Source: Ruditapes philippinarum
Lineage: Eukaryota
Reading direction: 5' to 3'
Length of the DNA: 64,000 nucleotides
NCBI RefSeq assembly: GCF_026571515.1
Contig: NW_026857783.1
Span: 178,878-242,877 of the forward strand
Shown: positions 47,440 to 58,600 of the stretch, one piece after another
How positions within the stretch are numbered: position 1 is the first letter of the stretch
How the letters are laid out: each line of letters starts with the position of its first letter
Program-made: the position numbers and the translations under genes
Notes under the pieces: model-generated
The model's input: the letters and a program-made list of their open reading frames with translations, nothing else
Told to the model about the DNA's origin: nothing
Database searches by the model: none

Positions 47440-48110
47440 ATGTGGGAGCATATAGCGTTGCACTTGTCCGTTAGTCCGTCCGTCCGTCAGTTTGTCCAGC
47501 CGTACGTCCCGAAATCTTGTGAACGCAACTCCTCTTAAACCAGATGGCAGATTTTCCTTAAACTTACAGGGATGAACAACCTTAATGTGTAGATGGTAGT
47601 AAAGGAAGGAATTTTCGCTGCGACCAAATTTAACAGAATTATGGCCCTTTGTTGATTTTTTCACTAGATACTATGTAGAAATTTTTTGAACGCAACTCCT
47701 CTTAAACCGGATGGCAGATTTTGCTTAAACTTACAGGGATGAACAACCTTCAGGTGTAGATGGTAGTAAAGGAAGGAATTTTCGCTGCGACCAAATTTTA
47801 CAGAATTATGGCCCTTTGTTGATTTTTTCACTATATACTATGTAGAAATTTTGTGAACGCAACTCCTCTTAAACCGGATGGCAGATTTTGCTGAAACTTA
47901 CAGGGATGAACAACCTTCAGGTGTAGATGGTAGTAAAGGAAGGAATTTTGCTGCGACCAAATTTAACAGAATTATGGCCCTTTGTTGATTTTTAGCTTTC
48001 AACTTGTGGCACATGTAGTCCAAAAAATATTTGACCTAGAGTCATAAGATTGACAGAACAGTGGCGTGTGAGGGCATCCGTGTCCTATGGACACATTTCT
48101 AGTCTTTAAA
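47440..48110 (+). mobile_element. second copy of the ATGCCCCCAC...GTGAGGGCAT element with 3 units of the 180-bp satellite
   Basis: near-identical to 3205-4385 (ttattatgcccccacaatgtgggagcatatagcgttgcacttgtccg ... cagtggcgtgtgagggcatccgtgtcctatggacacatttctag). Confidence 0.65.
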
Positions 48111-48224
48111 TGTTTCTGTAGTCCTAAACTCACTTAATTTGTTAAATTGATTTAACTGCTTTGAATTTTAAAAAAAGGTCAGTATTAAAGTACAAAAATT
48201 AAGCAACCAAAAGTATATAGCGTG

Positions 48225-48815
48225 GTCAGACTGCACAGATGTTCAGGCTAGCCTGGTCAGACTGCATAGATGTTCAGAGCTAACTTGGTCAGACTGCACA
48301 GATGTTCAGGCTAGCCTGGTCAGACTGCACAGTTGTTCAGGCTAGCCTGGTCAGACTACACAGTTGTTCAGGCTAGCGTGGTCAGACTACACAGATGTTC
48401 AGGCTAGCCTGGTCAGACTGCACAGATGTTCAGGCTAGCCAGGTCAGACTGCATAGATGTTCAGGCAAGCCTGGTCAGACTGCATAGATGTTCAGGCTAC
48501 CCTGGTCAGACTGCATAGATGTTCAGACTAGCCTGGTCAGACTGCATAGATGTTCAGGCTACCCTGGTCAGACTGTGCATTTGTTTAGTCTAGCCTGATC
48601 AGACTGCACATATGTTCAGACTAGCCTGGTCAGACTTCACAGTTGTTCAGGCTAGCCTGTTCATACTGCACAGATGTTCAGGCTACCCTGGTCAGACTGT
48701 GCAGATGACCAGGCTAGCCTGATAAGACTGCACAGATGTTCAATCTAGCCTGGTCAGACTGCAGAGATGTTCAGGCTAACCTGGTCAAACTGCACAGATT
48801 TTCAGGCTAGCCTTG
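48225..48815 (+). repeat. 31-32-bp minisatellite, ~19 units, derived from MITE family M core
   Basis: unit cctggtcagactgcacagatgttcaggctag is ~24/31 identical to the MITE segment cctgatcagactgcgcggatgcgcaggctgg. Confidence 0.8.
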
Positions 48816-49007
48816 GTTTATATTTATTTTTATTTAAAAAAAAACAGGTTTAATGTCAAACCAAGATTTGTTGTTTTGGGCATTCTTAAGAGATCTTGTT
48901 TTCCTGTATTTTGTTATTGTCCTTGACTTTATGAAGTCTAATAATGAAGTTTGGTCAAACCACTCTAGCATGTGCATCTTTGTTCAGCTGTTTGTGCAGT
49001 TATAATT

Positions 49008-49212
49008 GAGCCGTGTCACAACAAAACCAACATAATTGGTTTACGACCAGCACAGTCTGATCAGGATCCATGCTGTTCGCTATCAGTATCTCTACTTGTT
49101 TTAGGGTTTGTAAGCGAACAGCATGGATCCTGATCAGATCTGGGGATGCACAGGCTGGTCTTGATCCATGCTAGTCGCAACCCATTATGTTGGTTTTGTC
49201 ATAGTGCGGCTC
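49008..49212. mobile_element. MITE family M (internally deleted copy)
   Basis: gagccgtgtcacaacaaaaccaacataattggtttacgaccagcacagtctgatcaggatccatgctg...atgttggttttgtcatagtgcggctc. Confidence 0.7.
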
Positions 49213-49343
49213 AAATATATTCATACTGTCTTCAATATTTCATGCAAACTTTAAACATTTCATCCTTTTGTTAATCTATTTCCTTGTCTGTAATAGTACT
49301 TTTTCACTTTATAATGTACACTTGTATTCAAATGATATTTTAG

Positions 49344-49418
49344 GCTCAATTATTAGCCAGGGGTTACGTTTTGGTGCGAGTCGTAAAGTTGTGGTTGAGA
49401 AAGAACAAGAGAAAAGAG
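49344..49418 (+). CDS. short exon
   Basis: (G)SIISQGLRFGASRKVVVEKEQEKR; acceptor gatattttag|, donor G|gtaaaa; phase 1 to 1. Confidence 0.4.
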
Positions 49419-49632
49419 GTAAAACTTTCCATGCTTTGTAGTAATTTTATTTTTTCATAGTGATATGTCAAAATTATATGTTTATGTCCATGCAAATGAT
49501 CAGTTCCTTAATTCCATGTAAGTAACCTTACTTTGCTGATATTGTACACCTGTGTTGAATTGGAAACCTTGATATAAGAACAAACACATAGTTATATGAG
49601 TGTAGTATATAAACAGGTATGGTTTACAAATG

Positions 49633-49871
49633 AGCCGCGTCATGACAAAACCAACATAATGGGTTTGCGACCAGCATGGGTCCAGACTAGCCTGCGCATC
49701 CGTGCAGTCTGAAAGGATCCATACTGTTCGCTATCAGTTTATTTACTTGTTACATGTATAGGGTCTGTGAGCAAACAGCATGGATCCTGATCAGACTGTG
49801 TGGATATGCAGGCTGGTATGGATCCATGCTGGTCGCAAACGCATTATGTTGGTTTTGTCGTGACGCGGCTC
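49633..49871. mobile_element. MITE family M, full copy
   Basis: gagccgcgtcatgacaaaaccaacataatgggtttgcgaccagcatgggtccagactagcctgcgcatccgtgcagtctgaaaggatcc...tcgtgacgcggctc. Confidence 0.8.
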
Positions 49872-50805
49872 AGTATTCAGTATTCAAAACATAGAAAGGC
49901 AAAGGAAACATTTGTTTTTATTGAACTTGTTACATTTCATAAGTTTCTTTAATAATCAAATTTCGAAATACCTAAATACGGCAGCCAACTTTTTATCTAC
50001 TTTTCCATAATTCTTTATGATTGCTCATTTTGAATGATAATGAAATAATTTGAAGTCCGAAATATTTCACTAACACACTATAGTTTCTTTATTTTCAATG
50101 CCCCCCAAGGGCCATACATTCTTTCAAAACAAGAGTGCTTTTAAAACCCCAGGTTGTGTTGTTTAATGTTAGTATATTTATGTCTAATATTTGTCATAAT
50201 GTCTTGATCAGTGTTAGCTTGACAAATTATATTTCAACACAACAAAAGAAATTGTATTATTTGGTATTTCCTTTTGTTGGCTTTTTTAGATTCCTAGATC
50301 TTCAAATAGGGCACAAAGAATATTTTGTTTTAGTTAGAAGTGCATAGAAATAACATTGCTAGCCTAAATGATTAGGTACTAGAGATTGGAGTTTGAATTG
50401 TGCAGAAAATGCTTGAAATTTGATAATTTAATGAAACAAATGAAAAACTTCCAACAGATAAGACTAAATTTGTAAAAGCATCCATCTTCGACCATGTCTG
50501 ACAAAATTATATATGAAATGGTGGTGTTTGTAGATCTCACTCCAGATTACGGCAAATAAAGCAACATTGCATTTACCAGTGCACAATTTAGCCACTGCTA
50601 ACTGAAAAGGTGCCAAAAAACATCTATAATTATATATAACAACAACAACCAATCAAATTGCCCGTTATATTCCATAATTAAATTTTATTTGTAAACAAAA
50701 TGCTGCAAATATTGCAAGATGATACATATTTCACCAACAATATCCAAAGATCATTTTTTTATTGTTTAACTGTTAATCTAATGATTCACTGTTCATTTTA
50801 TTCAG

Positions 50806-50927
50806 CAGAAATTTCTAGAGGAACTCGGCTATACGAGTATGGTATAGGAATGCAGATACCTTGTATCATCAGCGGACGTGGACTGGTGTTCCCTGATCTA
50901 GGTCAGGTTGTGAAAATGCAGAATCTG
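50806..50927 (+). CDS. C-terminal domain exon
   Basis: AEISRGTRLYEYGIGMQIPCIISGRGLVFPDLGQVVKMQNL; acceptor cattttattcag|, donor CTG|gtaagt. Confidence 0.55.
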
Positions 50928-52249
50928 GTAAGTACAATCAGGTAGCTTTTAGTGTAAAAGTATTGCTTTCAGACTATACAACCATGTATAATATAGTGCA
51001 GATACACTGATGTCCCAGTCCAATTTGTTTGACAAATGGATGCAATAAGTAATGTAAGCTTGGAAAAGTGTACTAGTAACTTGAACAAGGGTGAGCATAT
51101 AGTCGCCGCTTTGTCCGTCCGTGCATCCGCTCTCACGGGACAGTAAAAATGTGGCTAGTGGGACAATAGGTAATTGTTCTTTCTCTTTGATGTCATTCAT
51201 TCCACGATGCTTTTATGTGGCTATTTTCTTTTGTGTGGATAGAGAACAATAGAGTAGCCACATTATTACTGTCTCATTGGAACATAACTCGGACATAACT
51301 CTGAAACCGTAAGAGGTATCAACATGAAACTTTGTAGGAAGATTGGTCTCATTATATAGAAGTGCAGTGCAAAAGAACCATAACTCTGCCTTGCTTAATT
51401 TGGTTATAGTTATTGCCCTTTGTTCATTTTTATGCTTTGAACTATGTCTGTGACATAACTCTGACACTACATGAGGTATACTTACCTGTGTCCAAAACCT
51501 ATTCAGGGAGCATCACTTGGTTTAACTGCTTCTTGTCTTGACTATAAGAATAGTGCTTGAGCTTTCATATGCAAAAAGAGTAAGTTTTCATGCATCTGCA
51601 TCAACATATCACTTTAATTATGGTGTTGTGTGCAACTTCTTGAACAATTTCATGTCTCATGAGTCAAAGATATTTGCTTGAAACTTAAAAAGTTAAAAGT
51701 TTTTGAACCATAATTCAAGGTTTAATTCTCAAAGATGCAAAAAGTTAGTATGCATATTGACTGAATTATGGCCCTCTGAACTTTGAAAATTACTGGTTAA
51801 AGTTTATTTTTTCCAAGCCTTAAAACTCAATTTTGCTAGTCTAGGTATTCACTTGACTCTAGTATCATAACCAGGGGTCACTTTCCACTGCCCATAATTC
51901 TCGTGTGGATTAAAATATAGCCCTTCTTCCTGGTTCAGTTTAGTGTGCAAGATCTATTCACTTGAAGTCCTTAACACAGTCATGTGTTTCGGATCATAAT
52001 CACATGCTTATGTAAGTGAGGAGAACCTTTGAAAGTACTTTGTATATTATTTTATAAAAAAAAACTTGACACTTGTAACATCCATAAATGGCAATATGTC
52101 AAATATGCATGAGTACTCATTTTCGTTGCTTTGTCAAAACATACCGGTTACTATGATAACTAATTGACATTTGATTCTGATGATTCCATTGAAAACAAGT
52201 ACAATAAGCTGCTTTAATACAAAAAACAAATCATTGCTTTGTTTTACAG

Positions 52250-52349
52250 AATGGTTACTGGGAGATGAATGATAATTTGGAGAAATTACTCTGCATTGAC
52301 TTCAGTATCTGTAAATCTGTTCTGGAGACAGCTGGCTTAAAATCACTAG
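52250..52349 (+). CDS. C-terminal domain exon (NGYWE motif; possible VIT/VWA-family C-terminal/MVP-binding-like region)
   Basis: NGYWEMNDNLEKLLCIDFSICKSVLETAGLKSL(G); acceptor tttgttttacag|, donor TAG|gttggt. Confidence 0.55.
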
Positions 52350-52789
52350 GTTGGTATCATTTTATTGGCATTTTTCTAACCCTTTTCCTGTGTGATGGAA
52401 TTGCCGGATGATCAGTTGGAAATATTTCATTCACAGTTTAATGACATGCAATTCAAAATATAAAAAGTTGAGACAACCAACCTACAACCTAGTGCAGGGT
52501 TGTCACACTATTTCAAACGTTTCTCACCACAGTGTTGGAGCAGTACAAGATCCAGACCCTTCCAGAAATCATGATCACAAAGTAGAAAAATATTGTTTGA
52601 GCCTTTTTTTCGATAATTCTGATATTTTTTGATAGTTCTTATATTTTTCATTCATTATGATATATAAATCAGGAGATTGAGTATTTAATCATTGAAGGGC
52701 CTTGTCCAGAATTGTACCGGAATATGCTATTAAGTACTGTACTCCAACACTTTTTGTCCCCTACCGGTTTAACTGGAGGGGACTTTAGG

Positions 52790-53175
52790 TTTACCCTCCG
52801 TCCATCTGTCTGTCCGTCTGTCTGTCAGTCCATCAGTCCGTCCGTCCACAAAACTGGATCCCGCAATAACGCAAAAAGTACTGAAAATATTTTTATGAAA
52901 CTTGATATATGGATAGATGGCAGTATGGAGATTATGCACGTCTTTTTCTTTTCTTCCTATGTTGAAAATTCTGGTTGCTATGGCAACAAATAGTCTGAAA
53001 ATATGGCAAATTTAACACATAAACTGGATCCAGTGATAACTCAAAAAGTACTGAAAATATTTTTATGAAACTTGTAAAATGGATAGATGCCAGTCTGCAG
53101 ATTATGCACATCTTTTTCTTTTCTTCCTATGTTAAAAATTCTGGTTGCTATGGCAACAAATAGCCTGAATTTCAA
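52790..53175 (+). repeat. (GTCY)n head + ~180-bp tandem repeat x2
   Basis: ccgtccatctgtctgtccgtctgtctgtcagtccatcagtccgtccgtcc then two units aaactggatcc..ataac.caaaaagtactgaaaatatttttatgaaacttg...ttctggttgctatggcaacaaatag. Confidence 0.65.
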
Positions 53176-53987
53176 GATTTCTGATTTAAATTTTTCAGCT
53201 TTTTCACTATAAGTTCTTTATTTCTTAAGGTGTTTACTTCAAACTTTAAATATAAGTTTCTGGTCATCAACCACATCATATGTGACAAGGTTTACAACTC
53301 TAGCACAAAATCAGTATTACCACCCTTGAACTTAGAATTTTTATGAAAAAAAAAATGTCTTCTTTAAATAACTTCTTTATTTCCTAATGTATCTACTTCA
53401 AACTTCATATATATGTTTCTTATTATCACTCAACATTTTTGAGAAGGTTAAATACTCTAGCAAGACTATTTCCAGAATTATGTCCCCCTTGAACTTAGAT
53501 TTTTTTCGAGAAATTGGTATTTTTTGGTAACTTCTTCATTCCTTATAGGATTTACTTTAAAATCCCACATCATAATAATATGACAAGGTTGTATAAACAT
53601 AATTTCCTTACTAGGCAGGGAAACTTAACACATTACTGTGAAATAGACAAACTTAGAACTCAAAAGATTTAAGTTCATTCGTGTCATTTATTCACTGGTA
53701 AAATTGAAATCAGAATGTTGCTGGGGTTCTAATCGGTAGGGGACTTATGGATTGCTTGCAATACTATGATAATTGCTTGTTTACTCTCACTTGACTATTT
53801 TTAGCAGGGAAACGTTTACGATTAATGAATTTCATAAATAAATATTTCACTAATAAAAGTCCTTACTTAACACTAACAGAGATGTTATGATCATCTTGTG
53901 ATTTTGTTGATGGCAAGAAAACCTTAGTTTTGTGACAACTTCATGTCACTTGTATAATTATGATAATGATGATGTCATTTATTACAG

Positions 53988-54397
53988 GATTAAAATGCCA
54001 CGAGGAAATTCTTCACCTTATTTCCACCGCCATAGTACTGATGCAAATGTTCAAGCTTCTGTTGCCACAAGCGTTTCCTCGTAACTGTAAGCTATACTTC
54101 GATGACAGTCAGGATGCCGTCATGATCAAATTGGTGTCTGAAAAAATCGAAATTACAAAATTTGATCCGGCTGGTACAGACAGGGATACAGTAAGGACGG
54201 CAATAGATATGGCTTTTGAATTCTGGGTATGGGCAGATAAAAGACACCCACTGGTTTGTACGAGTCTAGAGCTGGGGTCAAACTGGTACGAATTTGTTGG
54301 ACGCTGTTTGAACTTGCATAGAGAAGGCATTAGCCCAAAAATACAGGAGAAAACAATGTTTGCGAAAAGCACTGTAAAACAACCGATTTTGGTATAA
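53988..54397 (+). CDS. terminal coding exon with TAA stop
   Basis: (G)LKCHEEILHLISTAIVLMQMFKLLLPQAFP...WVWADKRHPLVCTSLELGSNWYEFVGRCLNLHREGISPKIQEKTMFAKSTVKQPILV*; acceptor catttattacag|; total CDS 639-54397 is 6639 nt, a multiple of 3. Confidence 0.6.
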
Positions 54398-54504
54398 ACT
54401 GTTTAATGAGGTGAAACAGGAACTGATAAAAGATCAAATTTTGAAATATGCATATTTAACCAGGTTTTCCGAAGGAAAAAACTGGTTATTAGATTGAGGT
54501 ATGT

Positions 54505-55625
54505 CGGCGGGCGGGCGGATGGGCGGGCGGGTGGTCGGGCGGGCGTAAACAATTTCCTCTGTGCGCAACTCCTTCTACATTTTTCAACGGATTTTGACCA
54601 AACTTTCACAGAAGCTTTGTCATCAAGTGCCCTGGCGCATATTGTCGGGGTTTTGCGAGTGGATAATATTTGACCTAATTATGGCCCTTTGTTTTTTTTC
54701 CTTATATAGAATATATAGTGAACAATTTCTTCTGTGCGCAACTCCTTCTACATTTCTCAACGGATTTTGACCTAACTTTCACAGAAGCTTTTTAATCAAG
54801 TGCCCTCGGGCATATTGTCGGGGTTTTGCGATAGGATAATATTTGACCTAATTACGGCCCTTTGTTTTTTTTCCTTATAAAGGTTATATAGTGAACAATT
54901 TCTTCTGTGCGCAACTCCTCCTACATTTCTCCACGGATTTTGACCAAACTTTCACAGAAGCTTTGTCACCAAGTGCCCTGGGGCATATTGTCGGGGTTTT
55001 GCGATTGGATAATATTTGACCTAATTATTGCTTTTTTTTTTTTTTTCTTATATAGAATATATAGTGAACAATTTGTTCTGTGCTGAACCCCCTCTACAAT
55101 TCTCAACGGATTTTGTTCAAACTTTCACAGAAGCTTTGTCATCATGTGCCCTGGCGCATATTGTCAGGGTTTTGTGATTGGATAATATTTGACTTAATTA
55201 TGGCCCTTTGTTTTTTTTCCTTATACAGAATATATAGTGAACAATTTCTATCGTGTGCAAGTTCTCCTACATTTCTCGACGGATTTTGACCAACTTTTCA
55301 CAGAAGCTTTGTTATCAAGTGCCCTGGGGCATATTGTCGGGGTTTTGTGATTGGATAATATTTGACCTAATTATGGCCCTTTGTTTTTTTTCCTTATACA
55401 GAATTATCAATATATAGTGAACAAATTCTTCTGTGCTGAACTCGTCCTACATTTCTCAACGGATTTTGTTCAAACTTTCACAGAAGCTTTGTCACCAAGC
55501 GCCCTGGCACATATTGTCGGGGTTTGTGATTGGATAATTTTTGACCTAATTATGGCCCTTTGTTTTTTCCTTATACAGAATATATAGTGAACACTTCTTC
55601 AGTCGCAATTCCTCCTACATTATTC
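54505..55625 (+). repeat. (GGCGGGC)n head + ~175-bp satellite x7, immediately 3' of the terminal exon
   Basis: ggcgggcgggcggatgggcgggcgggtggtcgggcgggcg then units caatttcttctgtgcgcaactcc..acatttctcaacggattttgaccaaactttcacagaagctttgtcatcaagtgccctggcgcatattgtcggggttttgcgattggataatatttgacctaattatggccctttgtttttttt. Confidence 0.75.
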
Positions 55626-58600
55626 ATGTTTTACATTGCACATAGTTACATTGTTTGTTGCTTGTATTTGTATTTCAAATACAACATATTTATCTACAAT
55701 GGTGATAATTGAAAACCTGGTTTCATGGCATTGCCATGTTTCTTGTTATTTTTAAGTTTGCAAATATGCTTTATGATCATTTAACTGAATGAAAAGAAAA
55801 GGTTTTTCAGCATTATACTGTATAAGTGGTTATTTTGTTATGTGGAAATATTTGTGATATTTGCAAATTGAAATTATTCGTGCTAAAGAAATTTTTTTAT
55901 GCAAACTTTCTTCTATCATTTGCAAACACGTTTTCATACAGCATCTTACATGAATAAGTTTGACTGTTCAGGTACTGAGATTATTTTTTTCTCATTGCTT
56001 GTTTGTTTAAGTTCCGTTTTAACAAATCACAATTGTTTAAATAAAACAATATAATGTATTAATAACACAATAGGTTATTCATATAACAAAAGAAATTGTT
56101 TCAAAATATGACAAAAAAATGTGTAATCAGCTAGGTATTTATCATACTAACAATGTTTATTTCAAACAGTTATATAAATAATAAAAGTACGAGGGATGTC
56201 CGAAAAGTTCATATACTTCTTCATTTCTGATTGTATAACAATACATACATTGTACAAATTTTGTCAGGAAAGATATATATATTCTGCGAACACATTTATA
56301 AAAAAATACTGAACTGTGACTTACGTTTGTATTTTAACAGCATTTACATACAACATATATACATCGTCATGGAGCACTTTGACAACGTCAACGGCGTCAA
56401 TTTAACTTCATGTTTACCCACTATTCAATTTCTTCCGATTTCAACAGCCATTGTACCTGTCTGGCCTATACTTAATACATGTTATGTTGCTTTTACTTTA
56501 TGAATTTCATATTTTGAAATACTATTTTAAAACAAAAATGTCACTGGTTCCCAGTGTGTGAGATGTCTGTCTATTTCAAAGGTTGTTGTAACGCACTGTA
56601 CGATATTTCGCCCATGCTACCTTTGGTCGTCTTGGGCATTTCTTATACGATATACTGTCATCGCCGCTTCTTAATCTTGTTTGACATTTAAACACAAGTT
56701 GCCTTTAACATTTTATGGTTGGTTTTATTTTTAAAGTAAAGATTTAAATCTGAGTTGGTGCCATATTAGCGTTGCTATGAAGTTAAATATCATTACCTTG
56801 CTCTGTCCGTTTTTGCAACACAAAATTTATGCACCTTCGTTGCCAATAACCGTCGTTAACAAGCTGTTTATTTACGTATGACGTCATAATTTTCAGTAAA
56901 TATCATGTTATAGTATCTGATGATGTCGCAAAATTAAAACAAGAGTTTGTATTAAAATTACAACTTTGAGCAACTTATTATTCTAGTAGCTATCGTCATG
57001 AAATCAAAGTTCTCCGTGATTCGTTGATCATGTTGCCATGGTGATCGGCGCATTGCGAATATTACTTTTATCATGTTTTTTAATTTAGAAATATGTAGCA
57101 AATAAATACTTTAGCAAATTATTCAATCATTGTATTGATATGACAGCTTATTATAATTGTATAGCCTTGTCTACGAACTTTCCGGACAGCCCTCGTATTT
57201 AACAACTTAATAGAACAAATACAAAAACGGTATATTCTTAAATTGTATGTGCGTAATATATTTCGGCGCGCAAAAAGTCCACTTTCTGACATTCTCAAAA
57301 TTTTTGTGAGGCGTAAATATCCACTTATACAGTACATGAATACTGAAATGTACTGTTTATTTAATGAACTACTTCTGACGAAATCAGTTTTGTGGAGGAA
57401 GACAAAAAATATTATTTTGATTGGGTCAGAAAAGCTTTGAGATAAGTGTAAATGTTTTCTGTATTTAAAAATAATTTATATTTTTCTTGGTTTCAGGTGT
57501 AGTAGCATTGATTATATATAACTATCTATATTGTATTTTCACCTAAACATATATATGTATTTATAGCCACAAGAAAAAAGAAGTTCAATGAGTGCAAAAG
57601 ATTTTTTCAATACAAATTCGATTTTTTTTTCTAGAACTGTGATAAATTGTAATTTATTTATTTTTTGTTGACTTCCATAGTTATTGTATTTTTAGTTGTT
57701 TTGGTCTGAGTCAAACTTTGTGTCTTACTTTAGATCCTAAATTACCAGAGATTTAAGTTATTTTAAAAGGTACCAACTTGAAACGTGGTATACTTGGTTA
57801 TCGTGACAAGTTGCAATTGTAAGCATTACTTTCCCCTTATTCTTCTTTTTAGCTTGGAATATTTGTCAAAATTGCCTGTTAAGTAGAATGATTTTAAAAC
57901 TATGAAAGGTATCAACATAAAACTTGGCGTACTTGATTATTATGACAATGCACAGTTGTAAGACTATAGGTATTATCATTTCCCTTTTTTACCTGAATAT
58001 TGACAAAAATTGGTTATCTTAACAGACAAGTGTTAACAACCTATATATGGTGCTCTTATTTTGTATTTTGATATTGAATCCCTTAAAGCTGTATACCTCA
58101 AGATAGATCAAAATATTTCAAAAAAATTCAAATCTGAGAAAAATGTACTAAGATTTAAGGAAAAGATTCAAGATTTGAAGAAAAATTTGCATGTTATGGG
58201 CAATTAATGATTGATTTTTCAGTATTTATTACCATATTTATATTGCTTTCCTAACGCAGTAAATGTTATTTTCCAAAATTTTGACCTTATTTAATTATTT
58301 CTCGCGGGTTGTGAGTGCTATTTGTAATGTGTAGATTGCTTCATTTTGGTAACTTCATATTTTTTTACTTTTAAAAATTTCATGAACATTAGCATGAATC
58401 TGGAGGCGTGCTGCTTTAAACTGCATAATGGGTGTCATGTTTATCCATTTAAATGGTTTCGCTTGGCTTTTAGCCATTAACTGGTTAAAACTTTCAATAA
58501 ACAGTAACCAAGGTTAGCATTATACCAATAGTCAAACAATTTTAAGTATGGTTTTATTTATTACCTTTGTTCTACTCTGACTAGATACAACATTTTCTTT

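Noticed and set aside
56231-56503. 90-aa + ORF and TGACGTCA palindrome (56879-56886) in the AT-rich region downstream of the gene
   Set aside because: The ORF translation is low-complexity (Y/I/N-rich) with no splice or homology support. A single CRE octamer is expected by chance in 64 kb. No downstream gene is evident to make it a promoter.
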